Shown here: positions 14,701 through 26,114 of the stretch, piece after piece | How positions within the stretch are numbered: the stretch's first letter is position 1 | Layout of the letters: every line of letters begins with the position of its first letter | Assembly (NCBI GenBank): GCA_030248215.1 | Contig: JASANG010000611.1 | Span: 1 to 64,000, forward strand | DNA from: Enoplolaimus lenunculus | Taxonomy: Eukaryota | Reading direction: 5' to 3' | DNA: 64,000 nucleotides | Made by a program: the position numbers and the translations under genes | The notes under the pieces: generated by a model | Seen by the model: only the letters and a program-made list of their open reading frames with translations | Databases searched by the model: none | What the model was told of the DNA's origin: nothing

Positions 14701-17602
14701 GGACAGATAGTGCTCTGTGTATCTTTTAGCAACCACAAAAATTGTTTAGTTTCTTGGACACCACTTTTACTATAATAGTTACACTTAATGTCACTTTGTT
14801 GAATTATGACAAGTATCGGAAGTTTAAAATACCTATGCAGCTGCGCAGCGTAACGATTTGCTTTGCGATGTTTAGGAGTTTCGCTGCACAAAAAACTAGT
14901 ACAAGTGATAAGACTAAACATATAATTTTGATTGAAAATTGGTATTCGGGTGTGAACTGCACCGGCATGTATATTTTTCCGGGAAAAAATCGTAATTTTG
15001 TCAGCGCGTGTAAGTCTTCGATAACAACATAGTATTTACTTACTCAGTTTTATTACTGCGCATGACGCTTCAGCAATTTTATTACAATTTCTACTAAAGC
15101 GGCAGTAATTAATGTGCGTGAGAAAATTGGTTAGAACGATTTTTTGCCAAATTTAACACTTTCAGGTGTTAGCCACTATGGTATTTCGGACCTTGTGGCA
15201 CTTGCACTAGAAACCCACAAATTTGAGTCTCGCTATATGAATAGTTTGATTGGCTCATATCCAGAAGATAAGGCTACGTACGAACAACGCTCACCAATTC
15301 ACTTCACCGATAAGTTGATCAAACCTGTAGCGTTCTTTCAAGGCACTGCAGATAAGGTGCGTTCTTGGCTTCCATTTCCATGAAGACGAGAATAATGTTG
15401 AATGAGGTCACGTAGTACATGGTCACGGACAGAATATAGTGTATAGTAATCGCTATGGGTTTTGAAGTTTTTTTGCACGCAACCAGATGAGTATAAAGAC
15501 GCGGTTGACGTCGCTTTTGAAGTTGCTGTTGTAATCACGTTTACAAGTGAATTAAAATTTAATACTAGGCAAGGGCGGCCACGGTTATGGTGGCAATAGC
15601 TGCGAGCCATTCAAATCGAGTTTGTGAATGATTTCATCTAAAAACGTCGCCGTGGAACTCGGTTGTGATTGCTTCTAATTCAGCCCGTGACTGTATATCT
15701 GAGTTTATGAGAAGGGAGTCAGAGAAATCTGACGTTCACTTCACATAGGCAAACTCAGATAATGTATTGTTGGCCTTATGCAACATTGTAAATCACTTCT
15801 CATTATACTAGGATTGTTAAGAACATTTTGGTAATGGTTGGCGGTTGGATAAGGCAAACATGTAACACATACATCATGGTGGTACCTGTCAAAATTATGT
15901 TCTGCATGCGTCAGGCGCCAGTCATTTCGGTATGTCAGATTTGGTTGCGCTACAAACGGATCATGAGCACAAATTCGAATCATTTGTTGACCGAAACTTG
16001 ATTGGTCCATTTCCTGATGGCATTGATGTTTACCAAGCCCGATCACCGTTATATCACATCGACCGGTTGACTACACCTGTTGCATTTTTTCAAGGAATTG
16101 AGGATAAGGTGCTGTGGGGAAACACTTTAAAATAGTAGCGAGTCTGCGTGTTCTAGTTGAAGTGGTGTTTTGATTCTTATTTAAATCTGAGAGTATCTCT
16201 GGTACGCAACCAACTCGATTAATATACGCTAATGCAAAATTCTTTCAACATGCCCACATGAAATACTCATGCGAAATTCGTTTATTTATCGCATAGTAGT
16301 CAGGCGTTCAATGTGTTTTTATAGTCGGAAATTTATTTTGATACATTTGTACAGAAACATTTTAGATTGTACCGCCAAACCAAGCCGAAATGCTGTATAA
16401 CGCTGTTAAGCAAAAGGGCTTACCTACCGTATTTGTCCTGTTCGAAGGTAATGCTTATTTATAATACAATTGCCCATGTAAACTATAGGAACCTGATTAC
16501 TAAGCATAACCCTAACACTCGAAACATATGCCTGAGCCGAAACAAGAGTGAATCATAAGCCTTAGCTTTAAACTCTCTTAGTCACTTAGTTCCATTGTCT
16601 ACCAGTGGGCAGGCCACTATATTTGGCATGAGCCATTAAGATATTCTTACGTATTATTATCGTCGTGAGCTAGAACTTTTCGCTTCGAAGAGGTATTTTT
16701 CTTATTTAAAATGATCAGTAGGGAAGTTATGGTATTGCCTGCGTTTTTAGATTAATGTAAGCAGCTGAAGGGTAATCGCAAATTTCAATCTGCTGATGTT
16801 TGCAGTGATGATGTGAGTGGTGGGAAATGTGAACTATTTTTGCTTTACAGGAGAGGGGCATGGCTTTCGAACTTCGGAAAATGTCCAGACAGCAATAGAT
16901 GGAGAGTATTATTTCTTCTGTACTGTTTTGCAAATACAACCCACAGTTGACATGTCTGCAAAGGTATGCATGATGATTAACCTGATCCTATGTTGACTTG
17001 TTTACGTTATCAGTTTATTCTGGTCGGAACCCTTGTAGATAACGATAAATAAGAAGATGTACTACTTACGCTTTTAGTACGGAAATGCTAAAATTTTATA
17101 CTTATACAATATCTGGCGATCATGTATGCTGCAGTCTGAAAATTAACCTTCTTTAATCATGTTTGAACTTAATCCTGCCTCACACCCTAACATTAATATT
17201 TTCTATTTCATCTGAGACATATGTACGTTTACAACTAGGTTTTGAATATGGACGTTCGTGTGGGAACCGTTTACCATATAACTCAGTTCTAGGAGGTTGG
17301 CGCTCGTCCTGGAGGAGGCCTCGCATTTTATGGATATATTTTAGTTTGTATATACGCGTAGTTAATGGCTGCGCTTGTGTAAAGTTGTACGAAAATTGTT
17401 TATTCTATTATACCTGTATGCACGCGTTGTCTGCCTTAAGGTTAACCACAACCTAGGATCATATCGTTCTTAGGTCATTTTGGTTGGTGAGCACAAATGA
17501 TTGCACCTACGCTGAATGTGTCCATTATGCATTGTAGTTGTATTTGTGAATACCTCATGACGATCTGTATTTCAGATTGAAATACTCAACTTGAAGATGT
17601 AA
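5774..17602 (+). CDS. S9-family serine peptidase (prolyl oligopeptidase/acylaminoacyl-peptidase-like), about 690 aa, 16 exons
   Basis: Phase-consistent GT-AG exons: 5774-5891, 6458-6541, 6999-7237, 8977-9090, 9855-9941, 10611-10685, 11046-11237, 11610-11708, 11965-12132, 12552-12683, 13633-13829, 14117-14271, 15166-15356 (or 15915-16108), 16366-16447, 16851-16963, 17576-17602. Motifs [37 protein letters not shown]. Triad: GGSAGG (Ser), FQGxxDK (Asp), EGHGF (His). Confidence 0.93.
7949..8930 (+). mobile_element. Helentron-associated (HINE/DINE-1-like) non-autonomous element in peptidase intron 3
   Basis: Subterminal IRs TTTATTGAGCGAAG/CTTCGCTCAATAAA, 5' palindrome ACTCCGAGC-AAA-GCTCGGAGT, (TCCG)-like microsatellite, four 155-175 bp tandem repeats, 3' hairpin GTAGT-CCC-ACTAC, T-rich flanks. 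Confidence 0.75.
9183..9542. mobile_element. Probable MITE with repeated TACTTAAGTA-type palindromes
   Basis: Imperfect TIRs (CAGTGGCTGGGTTCC versus reverse complement CACTGCCTCGGTTTC) and clustered ACTTAAGT motifs at both ends. Confidence 0.5.
15915..16108 (+). CDS. Alternative (mutually exclusive) exon 13b of the S9 peptidase
   Basis: Paralog of exon 15166-15356 with the same phases (1-0), intact TCAG acceptor and GT donor, and open frame [12 protein letters not shown]...[11 protein letters not shown]. Confidence 0.85.
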
Positions 17603-17970
17603 AACATGTTTATGTCCTGTGTGGTATATACTGAACAGCAGAATCTGAAAACGTTCTGCATTAAAGCTAATTATCTTAATAACTAATCTATGAATAAAAA
17701 ACAGCTATGTGTATTTCTTGGCCTGTTACTTTTTTGAGTAGGCTTGGTTTGTTCGACGCTTTATGTTGAGGCTTAGGAATATGCTTATTCTACTGTTACT
17801 GGTAGGGCCCTAAAAGTAACATTGGCCTAAATATTTATGTGTCATTTGGTTTTGGTAATGATAGTTATGCGAATAAAAACGCGGTTGTCTTTATTTGCAA
17901 ATATTTAGTTTAAAAAGACTAACATATAAATTGAGTGACGTTTGATTCTGCAGTATTTGGATATGCGTTT

Positions 17971-20900
17971 TTAATCGACCCAATCCTGTAACCATACGGT
18001 TCCGCCGAAAATTTTTAACGCTATTCTACCGCTTTTCTCTGAGGACTTCATTGCAGATTGTTGACCAGTGTTGCTTTTTTGGCGAATATCATCACGTATG
18101 GACGGCAGGCGCGGACCAAGTTTGAAATTGGGGCATTTGCCTTTACTGCTGGCTTTCCATAATTCGTTTATCAGATTGGCGCCATCCTGTGTGCAGTATT
18201 TTTTCGCGACACTGGAACATATGACGAATGAGCGCTTGAACAGACATACGTGGTAACATCAAATGGTAGCGGGCAGGGGCAACCGGAGGTGAAATAAACC
18301 GTCCAACGTAAGTATAGAACAGGGTCGAAACTACAGTATAAGCACGGGCCGATAACTCAATTCCGGAGTTTACAGCGTAATTGCCCCCAGAAACTTACGC
18401 TAGGTAGGAAGTCAATGCAGCATTAATTTTTCTTCATATATATTTTTGCAAGTGAGGGTATAAAGCTCATTGTTAAACGCTCAGGCTGCGGCTTAGGAAT
18501 ATGCTTATAAGTACTGTTCCGCCCTTGTTCTAAACATGGTTGGCGTTTCATGTAAAATGGAATTGGCTTCTCACATGCTTCGCCGAAAAGTTTTATTGTA
18601 TATACGGCGCCCTTGCTCCAGATTCTGGGTCCGCCGCGACCCACACACACTTTAAAATATTTGATTTACACTATACTACGCGTATCTTTTAGATCACTGA
18701 ATAAATAGGTGCCGTCGTAACATTTGTCTTCGACAAATAACCGGCTAATGTTTTACCGGAGCTGGAGGTCGATTTTTAGAAAAACGGAGGAAGACCTCTT
18801 GTCAGGGGACAGCCACAGCTCTGTGCCCGATTCAGGCAAAAAGTCTACCTCGCGTTCCAGTAGAATTTTGCCAGAATTTCGAACAAATCTGCTTTGAAGT
18901 TTTCCATAATTTTACATAAATATATGCACTGTTCTCAGTTAGCTGTCATGTCATACCGGCTTCAACTTCGCTTGGTGAAAGTAAGCAATACGTTTAACTT
19001 CCAGAGGCATAATAGAAAAATTGGCCAATGTATAGAACAGGACCGGAACAGTAGTATAAGAATATATTCATGTCTAAGGTTAAGCCTAAGACTTAGCTTA
19101 AGCGTAAGGACGAGTCTATTCCTCAGCCTAAGCCTAAGTCTAAGCAAAAAAGTTAGTCTAAAGCTTAAACTGATTCTATTCCAGCCTCGCCGGAAACCCA
19201 TCCGGCCCTGTTCTATACATGGGCCGAAAAATTGATGGCCTGAAATTTGCCATTAAAGCGACCGGAAAAGCCGTGCAATCTGACAACTTGATCTGCGATC
19301 AGTTGCGTTAAAACGAGTTGCGCAATTTTTATAGCAAATACCTACATATCTGAGACATATATATTGTTTCAGAAAAGTTTTATTGAAAAGTTGTTCGATG
19401 TTGCAATATGCATTGTTGAAAAGCCACAATAAATTTAAGAATTAACTTCAATTTATTTCTTAATATCATATATACTTACCGCGCCAGACAAGCGTACCAC
19501 AGTTGATTTATTTGGCATACTGTTAAAAACGAATCGCCGAGTTTTGTGTCACTCGCTTCCATAGTGTCAAATTGAGACTCGGTGTGAACTGTTCGTTGTT
19601 CGCGTCCTGCTAACTCCAATTCCAATTGCTCGTTGCAAACAGAATAATTTGAAGATGCGGTTGAACTTAACGTAAGATTAATGAATACACACGCTTGATT
19701 TTGATATAGCAATGACCTTCCCAAATCGGTTAAGTTGCATAAAACTTCGGACAAGTCTCGGATCCATGCTGATACGTCACGGAGGCCATCTTTGTAACCG
19801 CACTCTAGAAATTTAGCCAAAATTCATGCTGACGCTTTATAGGTCGTATTTCTTATTACTTTGAGCATGAAAAATTCTTATAAATTGTTTTGGGTTTATA
19901 ACAAAATTATTGTATTACTTGTGTAAAAAAATTCCACTTAACCCTCAACGGCCCGGCAAAATTTTCACCTTAATCAGCCCAACGGTCTACATATGTAGAC
20001 AACACAACTAGCGTTAGTTTTGGCTTATCTCAGGGTGCTCTCCTCCTTTAACTGGCTTGAGACAGTCAGAACTAGTGTTCTGGCGGAGTTCCACCCGCTC
20101 CCCGTCCAGCCTCCCACTGCGGGCGCGTTGTCCAGTTAAGCACAGTCGTTGCACGTTATGGTGCGATTCATGTGGTCCTTGCACACTCGTTTTCCACATG
20201 ACGAACAGCTCAATCTCGTAGATTTGCGACAACTTGTGACCTGACATTTGGTCGGTTTACCAGATGTAGAAGGTTCGTTTCGCTTTTGAGGCAGCCCGTA
20301 AGCCATAAATGAATCCTTTGATTTTGCGTAAATTTTTTCACTACTGTAACGTTTGGTCATATTGTCTTGCGCTAGTTGTTCGGCTACTTTTTTCATGAAA
20401 ACATTGCGTGACTTTTGATATCCGTTCAGTTTCATGACAATGAATGCGTTGTGCAACGGTACTTAGCAGGTTTCGCCGGCATGTACGCTCGCCCCGGTGC
20501 ATATCCTCTATACCCGTAGAGCTGTTCATCTACTGTAAGTGATTCGGACGGTATATAATGAAGACGTAAGTTGGACTGAAATAGGTCCCAAACATCTCGT
20601 ATAGCAGCCATTTTGTCACTTTTTTGACGCTCCCGGCGAGTCAGTTTGTTGTCGAATGTTACATTTTCCAGCAACTGTTTCATTCTGTTTTTTGACAGCG
20701 CGCAGCGGTAAAAGGGCCTGCTGTCGTTTTTGGTGAATAGTGAAGCCACTGGAGACATGTTATCGCGATCTGCACCAGCTCTGATTACCACCCCAAGCCA
20801 AGCTTTCAGCTCGCACATTGGTAGCGTTGAAAAATTGCGCGCCCGCAGTCGCCTACTAGTGAGTCGCTGAATTGTATGTAAAATGGGCTCGTTTATATAA

Positions 20901-21889
20901 AGATAAAATGCTTGTGACTCTGTTGTAGGGTTTACTGCAGTGCCTTCGCGAAAGCGAATTATATTTCTAGCTAACACACGGACAGGCGGTGTTGTAGAAT
21001 GCCACTCAACACCCGTCGCTGACAAAAACACATTACTTCCACTAGAAGTCTCGTCCATATCGCTCAACTCACTACTAGATGCATCCGATTGTTTTTGTAA
21101 TTCACCATCACTATCTTGCTCATAAATAGCAGCCTCTTCACTACTGCATTGACCTAACTCAACTGATTCTGAGTCGTCATTTGAACTATTGTCGTCCGGT
21201 TTGTCATCTTCTGTCTCTGAATCACTTGGTTCTAATACACGTCGTACGACCTCAGTCAAAGATAATTTATGCAAACCTGACATTTCCCTGACTTTACCTC
21301 ACCATACAAAACCGTGTGTAAGAACAAAACGTTCCAATTCTTGTCAAAACTCAAACTATGATCAAATCAACATCTGTCTACATCTGTAGACGGTCGGGTT
21401 ATATAGGTATATGACTCACTGTACAGCAAACTTTTGTTCCCACAATGCTATAAGTTTTTTATACTACTATAACAGAATAATTATCGATGGAAATTAAACA
21501 ATAGATTCTTAACTATAGCACCTGCCGAACAATCAATTGTCGAACTGGTTATGTCTACATATGTAGACTGTCGGGCCATTGAGGGTTAAACAATTTACAA
21601 ATTTTGCAAAAAATTTCACTCTAACATTCCAATGATTTCATATAACGTACATTTCATTGAAAAATGCCGCGAGCGAATACTTTACAGAGTCACTGCTCGA
21701 GGTCGATAACAAAAACAACTTGTCACACTTACTTGGGAATTTTGAGTTCAAATCGTACCAGTATTGATAACAATCGTCGTGCAGTATTCGACAGTATGTT
21801 GTCAAGTGATATTCAGATATTAGTCCGCCTATACGATCACTGCGCGCAATTGATTGACCAATTTTTTCACGACGTTGTTGAGTGCATTT
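17971..21889 (-). CDS. Uncharacterised Cys-patterned, probably helical extracellular protein (3' exons; 5' end unresolved)
   Basis: Exons 21889-21733, 19804-19480 and 18211-17971 join in phase (1, then 2) with GTAAGT donors: ...YCRILHDDCYQYWYDLNSKFPKCGY...VLCNL...ACV...VCN...VCQINQLWYACLARVAKKYCTQDGANLINELWKASSKGKCP...stop. Confidence 0.7.
19023..19225. mobile_element. TTAGGC-bearing MITE, family A
   Basis: TIR GGCCAATGTATAGAACAGG / CCTGTTCTATACATGGGCC, perfect 8-bp TSD GAAAAATT, internal (GCCTAA)n-like array. Confidence 0.9.
19942..21585 (-). mobile_element. piggyBac transposon, internally deleted
   Basis: TTAA on both sides; TIRs CCCTCAACGGCCCGGC and CCCTCAATGGCCCGAC; subterminal palindromes GTCTACATATGTAGAC; transposase remnants inside. 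Confidence 0.95.
20136..21283 (-). pseudogene. piggyBac transposase with deleted catalytic core
   Basis: The N-half (acidic N-terminus, LTVDEQL, YMPAKPAKY) is fused out of frame near 20460 to the C-half (LHNAF and Cys-rich domain CQVTSC...CSSC...CKDH...CNDC). The later catalytic Asp region is absent. Confidence 0.9.
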
Positions 21890-22492
21890 CTTTAACAACA
21901 ATTAATTTTATTTTTATGACGACAGATACTTCGCTTTTTTTCTGATTTTAGCATATGCTGTAAAACGGTTCACACTCTTGCAATAAACCGTTTGAAATGG
22001 CAGATTTGTTCTATAAAGCTTCCTGCTGTAGTCTTCGAACGGGTATTTTCATGCGTCCAATTTGGTTGTAAAGTAGTTTTACTCTGTGAGTGAGTAGAAT
22101 TGGGCTACGTAATTAAAAATACATACAGCAAGATATGAAACAAAGAATAAAAGTCACCTTAGCGATGCATCAGTTGTGTCGTAATAAGGTATTTTAGCAG
22201 AGAGCAGAGTGTAATAAGATATGCTCTTCTGTTTGCAATAAAATTGGTGTTCGTTTTTGTTTCGGTTGTAGCTTCAGAAGTGCATCGGAAAATCCGTTTA
22301 TTTTTAGGCTACTGCGTAGTGTTTCATTACAAATATGCTGCAATTGTTCGATTCAAAATAGACCAAATTCATCCGAAATCTTGAAACATATGGGTGCATC
22401 CGCCGTTTTTGTTCGAACTTTTAGAAAGCCCAAAGAAATATTTTTTCGTTCATTTTACTCTTCGTTTACACCCTGATATATTAGGTACGCAA

Positions 22493-22861
22493 CAGGGTAC
22501 AACCGGAGGTCTGCCTCCCTCCAGCTCCGGCAGAAAATCGACCTCCGGCTCCGGCTTCGGCTAGGGTAGAATTTTTGCCGGAGGTTCCGGCCATTTCGGC
22601 AGTAAACTTTTGCATAATTTTCCTAAATTTATCTGTTTAGCGCATTTCGATTGACTTTTGTCACAATTTTTATGAAACAATTGCCGAAATTTGTCAGAAA
22701 ATTAGCGTGAAACCAAACAACTTAACAACATTTTGCAGATATTGGCTAAAATTAACTAATTAACCATCATTTTGACTACTTAATTTCGCCTCACCGGCTC
22801 CGGCTCCGGCAAGTTTCGTTGACCTCCGGCTTCGCTATTTTTCACCTCCGGTTGCACCCTG
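22493..22861. mobile_element. hAT-like MITE (CTCCGG-rich); related fragments near 18274-18810 and 51615-52120
   Basis: TIR CAGGGTACAACCGGAGGT / ACCTCCGGTTGCACCCTG; 8-bp TSD GTACGCAA/GTACGCAG. Confidence 0.85.
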
Positions 22862-23721
22862 GTACGCAGTAGGTTTTTATAAGTACAATACCTCGATCCA
22901 AGCGTTTGCCGCCTTGCATACCAGCGAATTCGTTAATAGGCTATGTTGCGGTATGATTGGTGCTAGCTGACACTGTGCGTTCGAAAGTAACGTCGAGAAA
23001 ACTATTAATAACAATAAGTTCAACAAAAAAATTTGAAACTCTTGCATTGGAACAACGATTTAGATTAGTCGAAACCGAACGCTATTAATAATGCAGACCA
23101 AATAATTTCACGTCAACCGTTCAATAAACATAAAGTCTTCTAAAAAAATTATAAAATAATTTTTACTCCACCACTTTATAGAATCTGTACGAAAAGTAAG
23201 TTGTCTATAGATGAATTTGGTTTTATAATTATGGTTGTTCCAAAAATGTGTTATGCGGAAGAATGGAAAATTATTATCTTTTGTACGTACAAATTTGTCG
23301 TTTTTCATAATCGAAAAAAATTCAAGAAAATAATTATAATTACGTTTTTTAAGTTGAAAGGGATGTATATAAGAATCAAATCCGGTAGTTGCTACGCTGA
23401 CTTGAAGTGTGATCCATCTTTCAGTTAGGTATATAGAAATTAATCGTTCAGGTTAAATTAAATGATGCCAAAAAATAGCATTGTTTTGAAAATGCTTATT
23501 TCGGTTTCGCTTAGGTTCCTCAAGTTATTTCACGCTCAAATTTGAAAATTTAAAAATTTCAGTTCTTGTTTGTAAAACTTTACTAAAAGTTACCGGAAGC
23601 ACACATTAATATTAAACAGTAAAATACATAATTGAATTTGCAACAATTGGTGCCGAGATTTATTTTTTTACTTAGCTGTTCTGAAATCTCATAAATTTAT
23701 CGTTTTAAATTACATTTCGGT

Positions 23722-23892
23722 CAGGCCCATAGCCAAGAGGGGTGGCAGGGGAGCTCAGCCACTCTTGAAAAATTTTGGCCCTCCCCAAGAAAATTATCAA
23801 TTTTGCTTGTATAAAAGTCAACGAAAATTTTTGTAATGCCCCGCCTTAAAAATATTTTAGCCCCCCCCCAGTCAAGGTGAGCTAACGAACCT
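23722..23892. mobile_element. hAT-like MITE; related copy at about 57228-57396
   Basis: CAGGCCCATAGCC left end; internal similarity (TGTATAAA..CAACGAAAA, CAAGGTGAGCT) to the second copy. Confidence 0.55.
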
Positions 23893-24320
23893 AATTTCGG
23901 TACGTGTAAACTGTAAGGTCTAGGTCATTCTTCTGATTACAAATGCTTCTGCATACAGTGGTGGCTACGCACCTTTGATAAATATGTACGAAGTTTAAGA
24001 GCGTTTGTAAAGCACACAGTAACTGGATACTCTCCGCTCCAAAAAATGTTTTGTATTCTCAATTTAAACCAGACATACGCGGACTATTTCATTTTGAAAA
24101 TTAATAGTACCTTAAATCAGCGCACACTTAAACAGACTGTAGTATGTCATTTGCGCCACAATAAAAATTTTGATTCGTAATTCGAAACTGTAACCTGGCA
24201 TCTGGCACTTGTTACATAAAAAGTTCAATATTGTTTACATTACGTGTTGATTTTAAACTAATGCATTTTAATTATCAATGCACCAAGTAAACTTTGGGAA
24301 AATAATTTGTTTGCACAGTT

Positions 24321-24881
24321 GGCCTATGTTACTTTCAGGATCGGCCCATTTTCCCCTCTGATAAAATCAATCGCAACAAAAATATTGCTGTCCCATTTCG
24401 TTTAACCAATGGAAATATATCGCTGTCTCATTTTCCCATTTGTCCGAAATAAACTTGTCCCGTTTTCGTGTTTTCCAAGTGAAAATATATCGCTGTCCTG
24501 TTTTCCCGTTTTCCCAGCGAAAATTTGCAGCTGTCCCATTTTCCCGTTTACCTGAAACAACCATGTCTCAGTAGCCAGTTTTCCCAATGAAAATCTGCAC
24601 CTGTCCCATTTCTTCGTTTTTTCATCAAAAATTGGCAGCTGTCTCAATTTTCCATTTACACGAAACAAGCCTATTCCATTTTCAACTTTTTAAAATATTT
24701 CTGCGGTTCTGTGACAGAAAAAGCTTAAGCTTTAATAGAACGCATTTAAGCTTTAGATTAATCTTTTTTCTTAGGCTTAGATTTAGCTATTATTTAATTT
24801 TTACGCTTAGGCTTAGGCTTAGGCTTAAACTTTAGGTATATACTTTATACTACTGTTAACTCCCTGTTCTATATGCTAGTC
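24321..24881. mobile_element. Composite family-A TTAGGC MITE with internal tandem array
   Basis: Left TIR GGCCTATGTTACTTT, tandem GCTGTCCCATTTTCCC-like units at about 24344-24685, TTAGGC array, degenerate right TIR CCCTGTTCTATATGCTAGTC. Confidence 0.65.
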
Positions 24882-24959
24882 GCATGTTGTGATGACACTG
24901 TGGTTTTTAAATAACAGTATTTTTAGGTCTACAGCATATATATGTCTGTTACTGTATCC

Positions 24960-26114
24960 ATGGCTTTAACTAATGCTTCAAATTCTTGCTGGATTCGATT
25001 TGGTATCATAACAAAATCCGCTAAATAGTATATTAGCAACCGGTATACGCGACGTGAAACGTCATATCGTGTGACTATGGATTCGCTATGGAAACTTATA
25101 GTCAAGCGTGACTTGTCCAATAAATTGCGCAATTACATTGGCGAGGCGAAAAGTATTTCGGCACTTTTTGAAAATCATACTGATGTTACATCGTCTAAAT
25201 ATTCGTACACAACTCGTCGATCAAATCTGACTGGAGTATGTTTTACGTTTTATGATTATACAAACAAATGGTTTTTTATGAAGAAAAACGCAGTTCTAAG
25301 CAAAATTGTATTTGAATGGCATAATTCCTTGCAGCCGCCGTACACATGGGTACCATTCGTTTTATGCTTCATTATTCAACTGTTCACAAGAGACACTTAT
25401 CCGTTTGACCGACGCGGTGTTTTTAGGATGACTAAAGCTGTAATAACTTTTGGCGACTGGATTTTGATAGGTGCTGTCTCAGCGGTAATTATTAATCAGC
25501 ATGCTAAAAAATTTAGCTTTCCATTTGAAACCTTACGCGAATCTGCGTTGGCAACGACTTATTCTGGATATCGTTGGGTCGATTACGGTCCAAGCTCGTT
25601 GGAACAATCTATCAAAAGGTCTAATAAACTCCACTATGATCCTGTTGTCTCGCAATCGCTTCGAAAGTTTCCAGTACAAAAGCTGCATACAGCGCACAAG
25701 TTGCTTGACGCACTCAACAATGATGAGGATGGAAGACTGTTTTGTATTCGTGATATAGCAACACTTGGACTATTATATAATCGATATGCTAACCTTATAG
25801 CATACCCGGTCAAGTCGCTCCCAAAATCAATGATAGGCTCATATTATCGTTGTCATATGCCAAAGTTTCAACTATACGTTAAATCAACTGTTCTTTTTCG
25901 AGAAATTCTAACTACTAGACAACAAATAGCAGTAGCAATAAGTGCTGATTTACAAATGAAACACTTCCGTACCAAAGCAGTTTTACTTGCATTTTCGATC
26001 ACCGCAATTATGTCAATATTGTACATCTTACTTTATGGTTGGAATATAGCGTTTTTTATATTTGTGTTAGAACGAGTGCATTGGTATATTAAATCTTTAC
26101 AAGCCGTAATTTAA
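24960..26114 (+). pseudogene. Divergent iGluR/IR-like receptor copy 1, with in-frame TAG at codon 23
   Basis: Colinear with 27231-28421 from the ATG at 24960. TAG at 25026-25028 where the paralog has AAG; 6-codon deletion (GCQIKL); remainder open. Confidence 0.75.

Noticed and set aside
18894..19235. ORFs with LSLSL/LRLRL runs (also 24587, 38984, 60779)
   Set aside because: Translations of TTAGGC/CCTAAG arrays inside MITEs.
21638..21901. Resemblance to a hAT dimerisation domain (YW...KFP)
   Set aside because: The similarity does not continue past a strong GTAAGT donor; better explained as an exon of the Cys-patterned gene.
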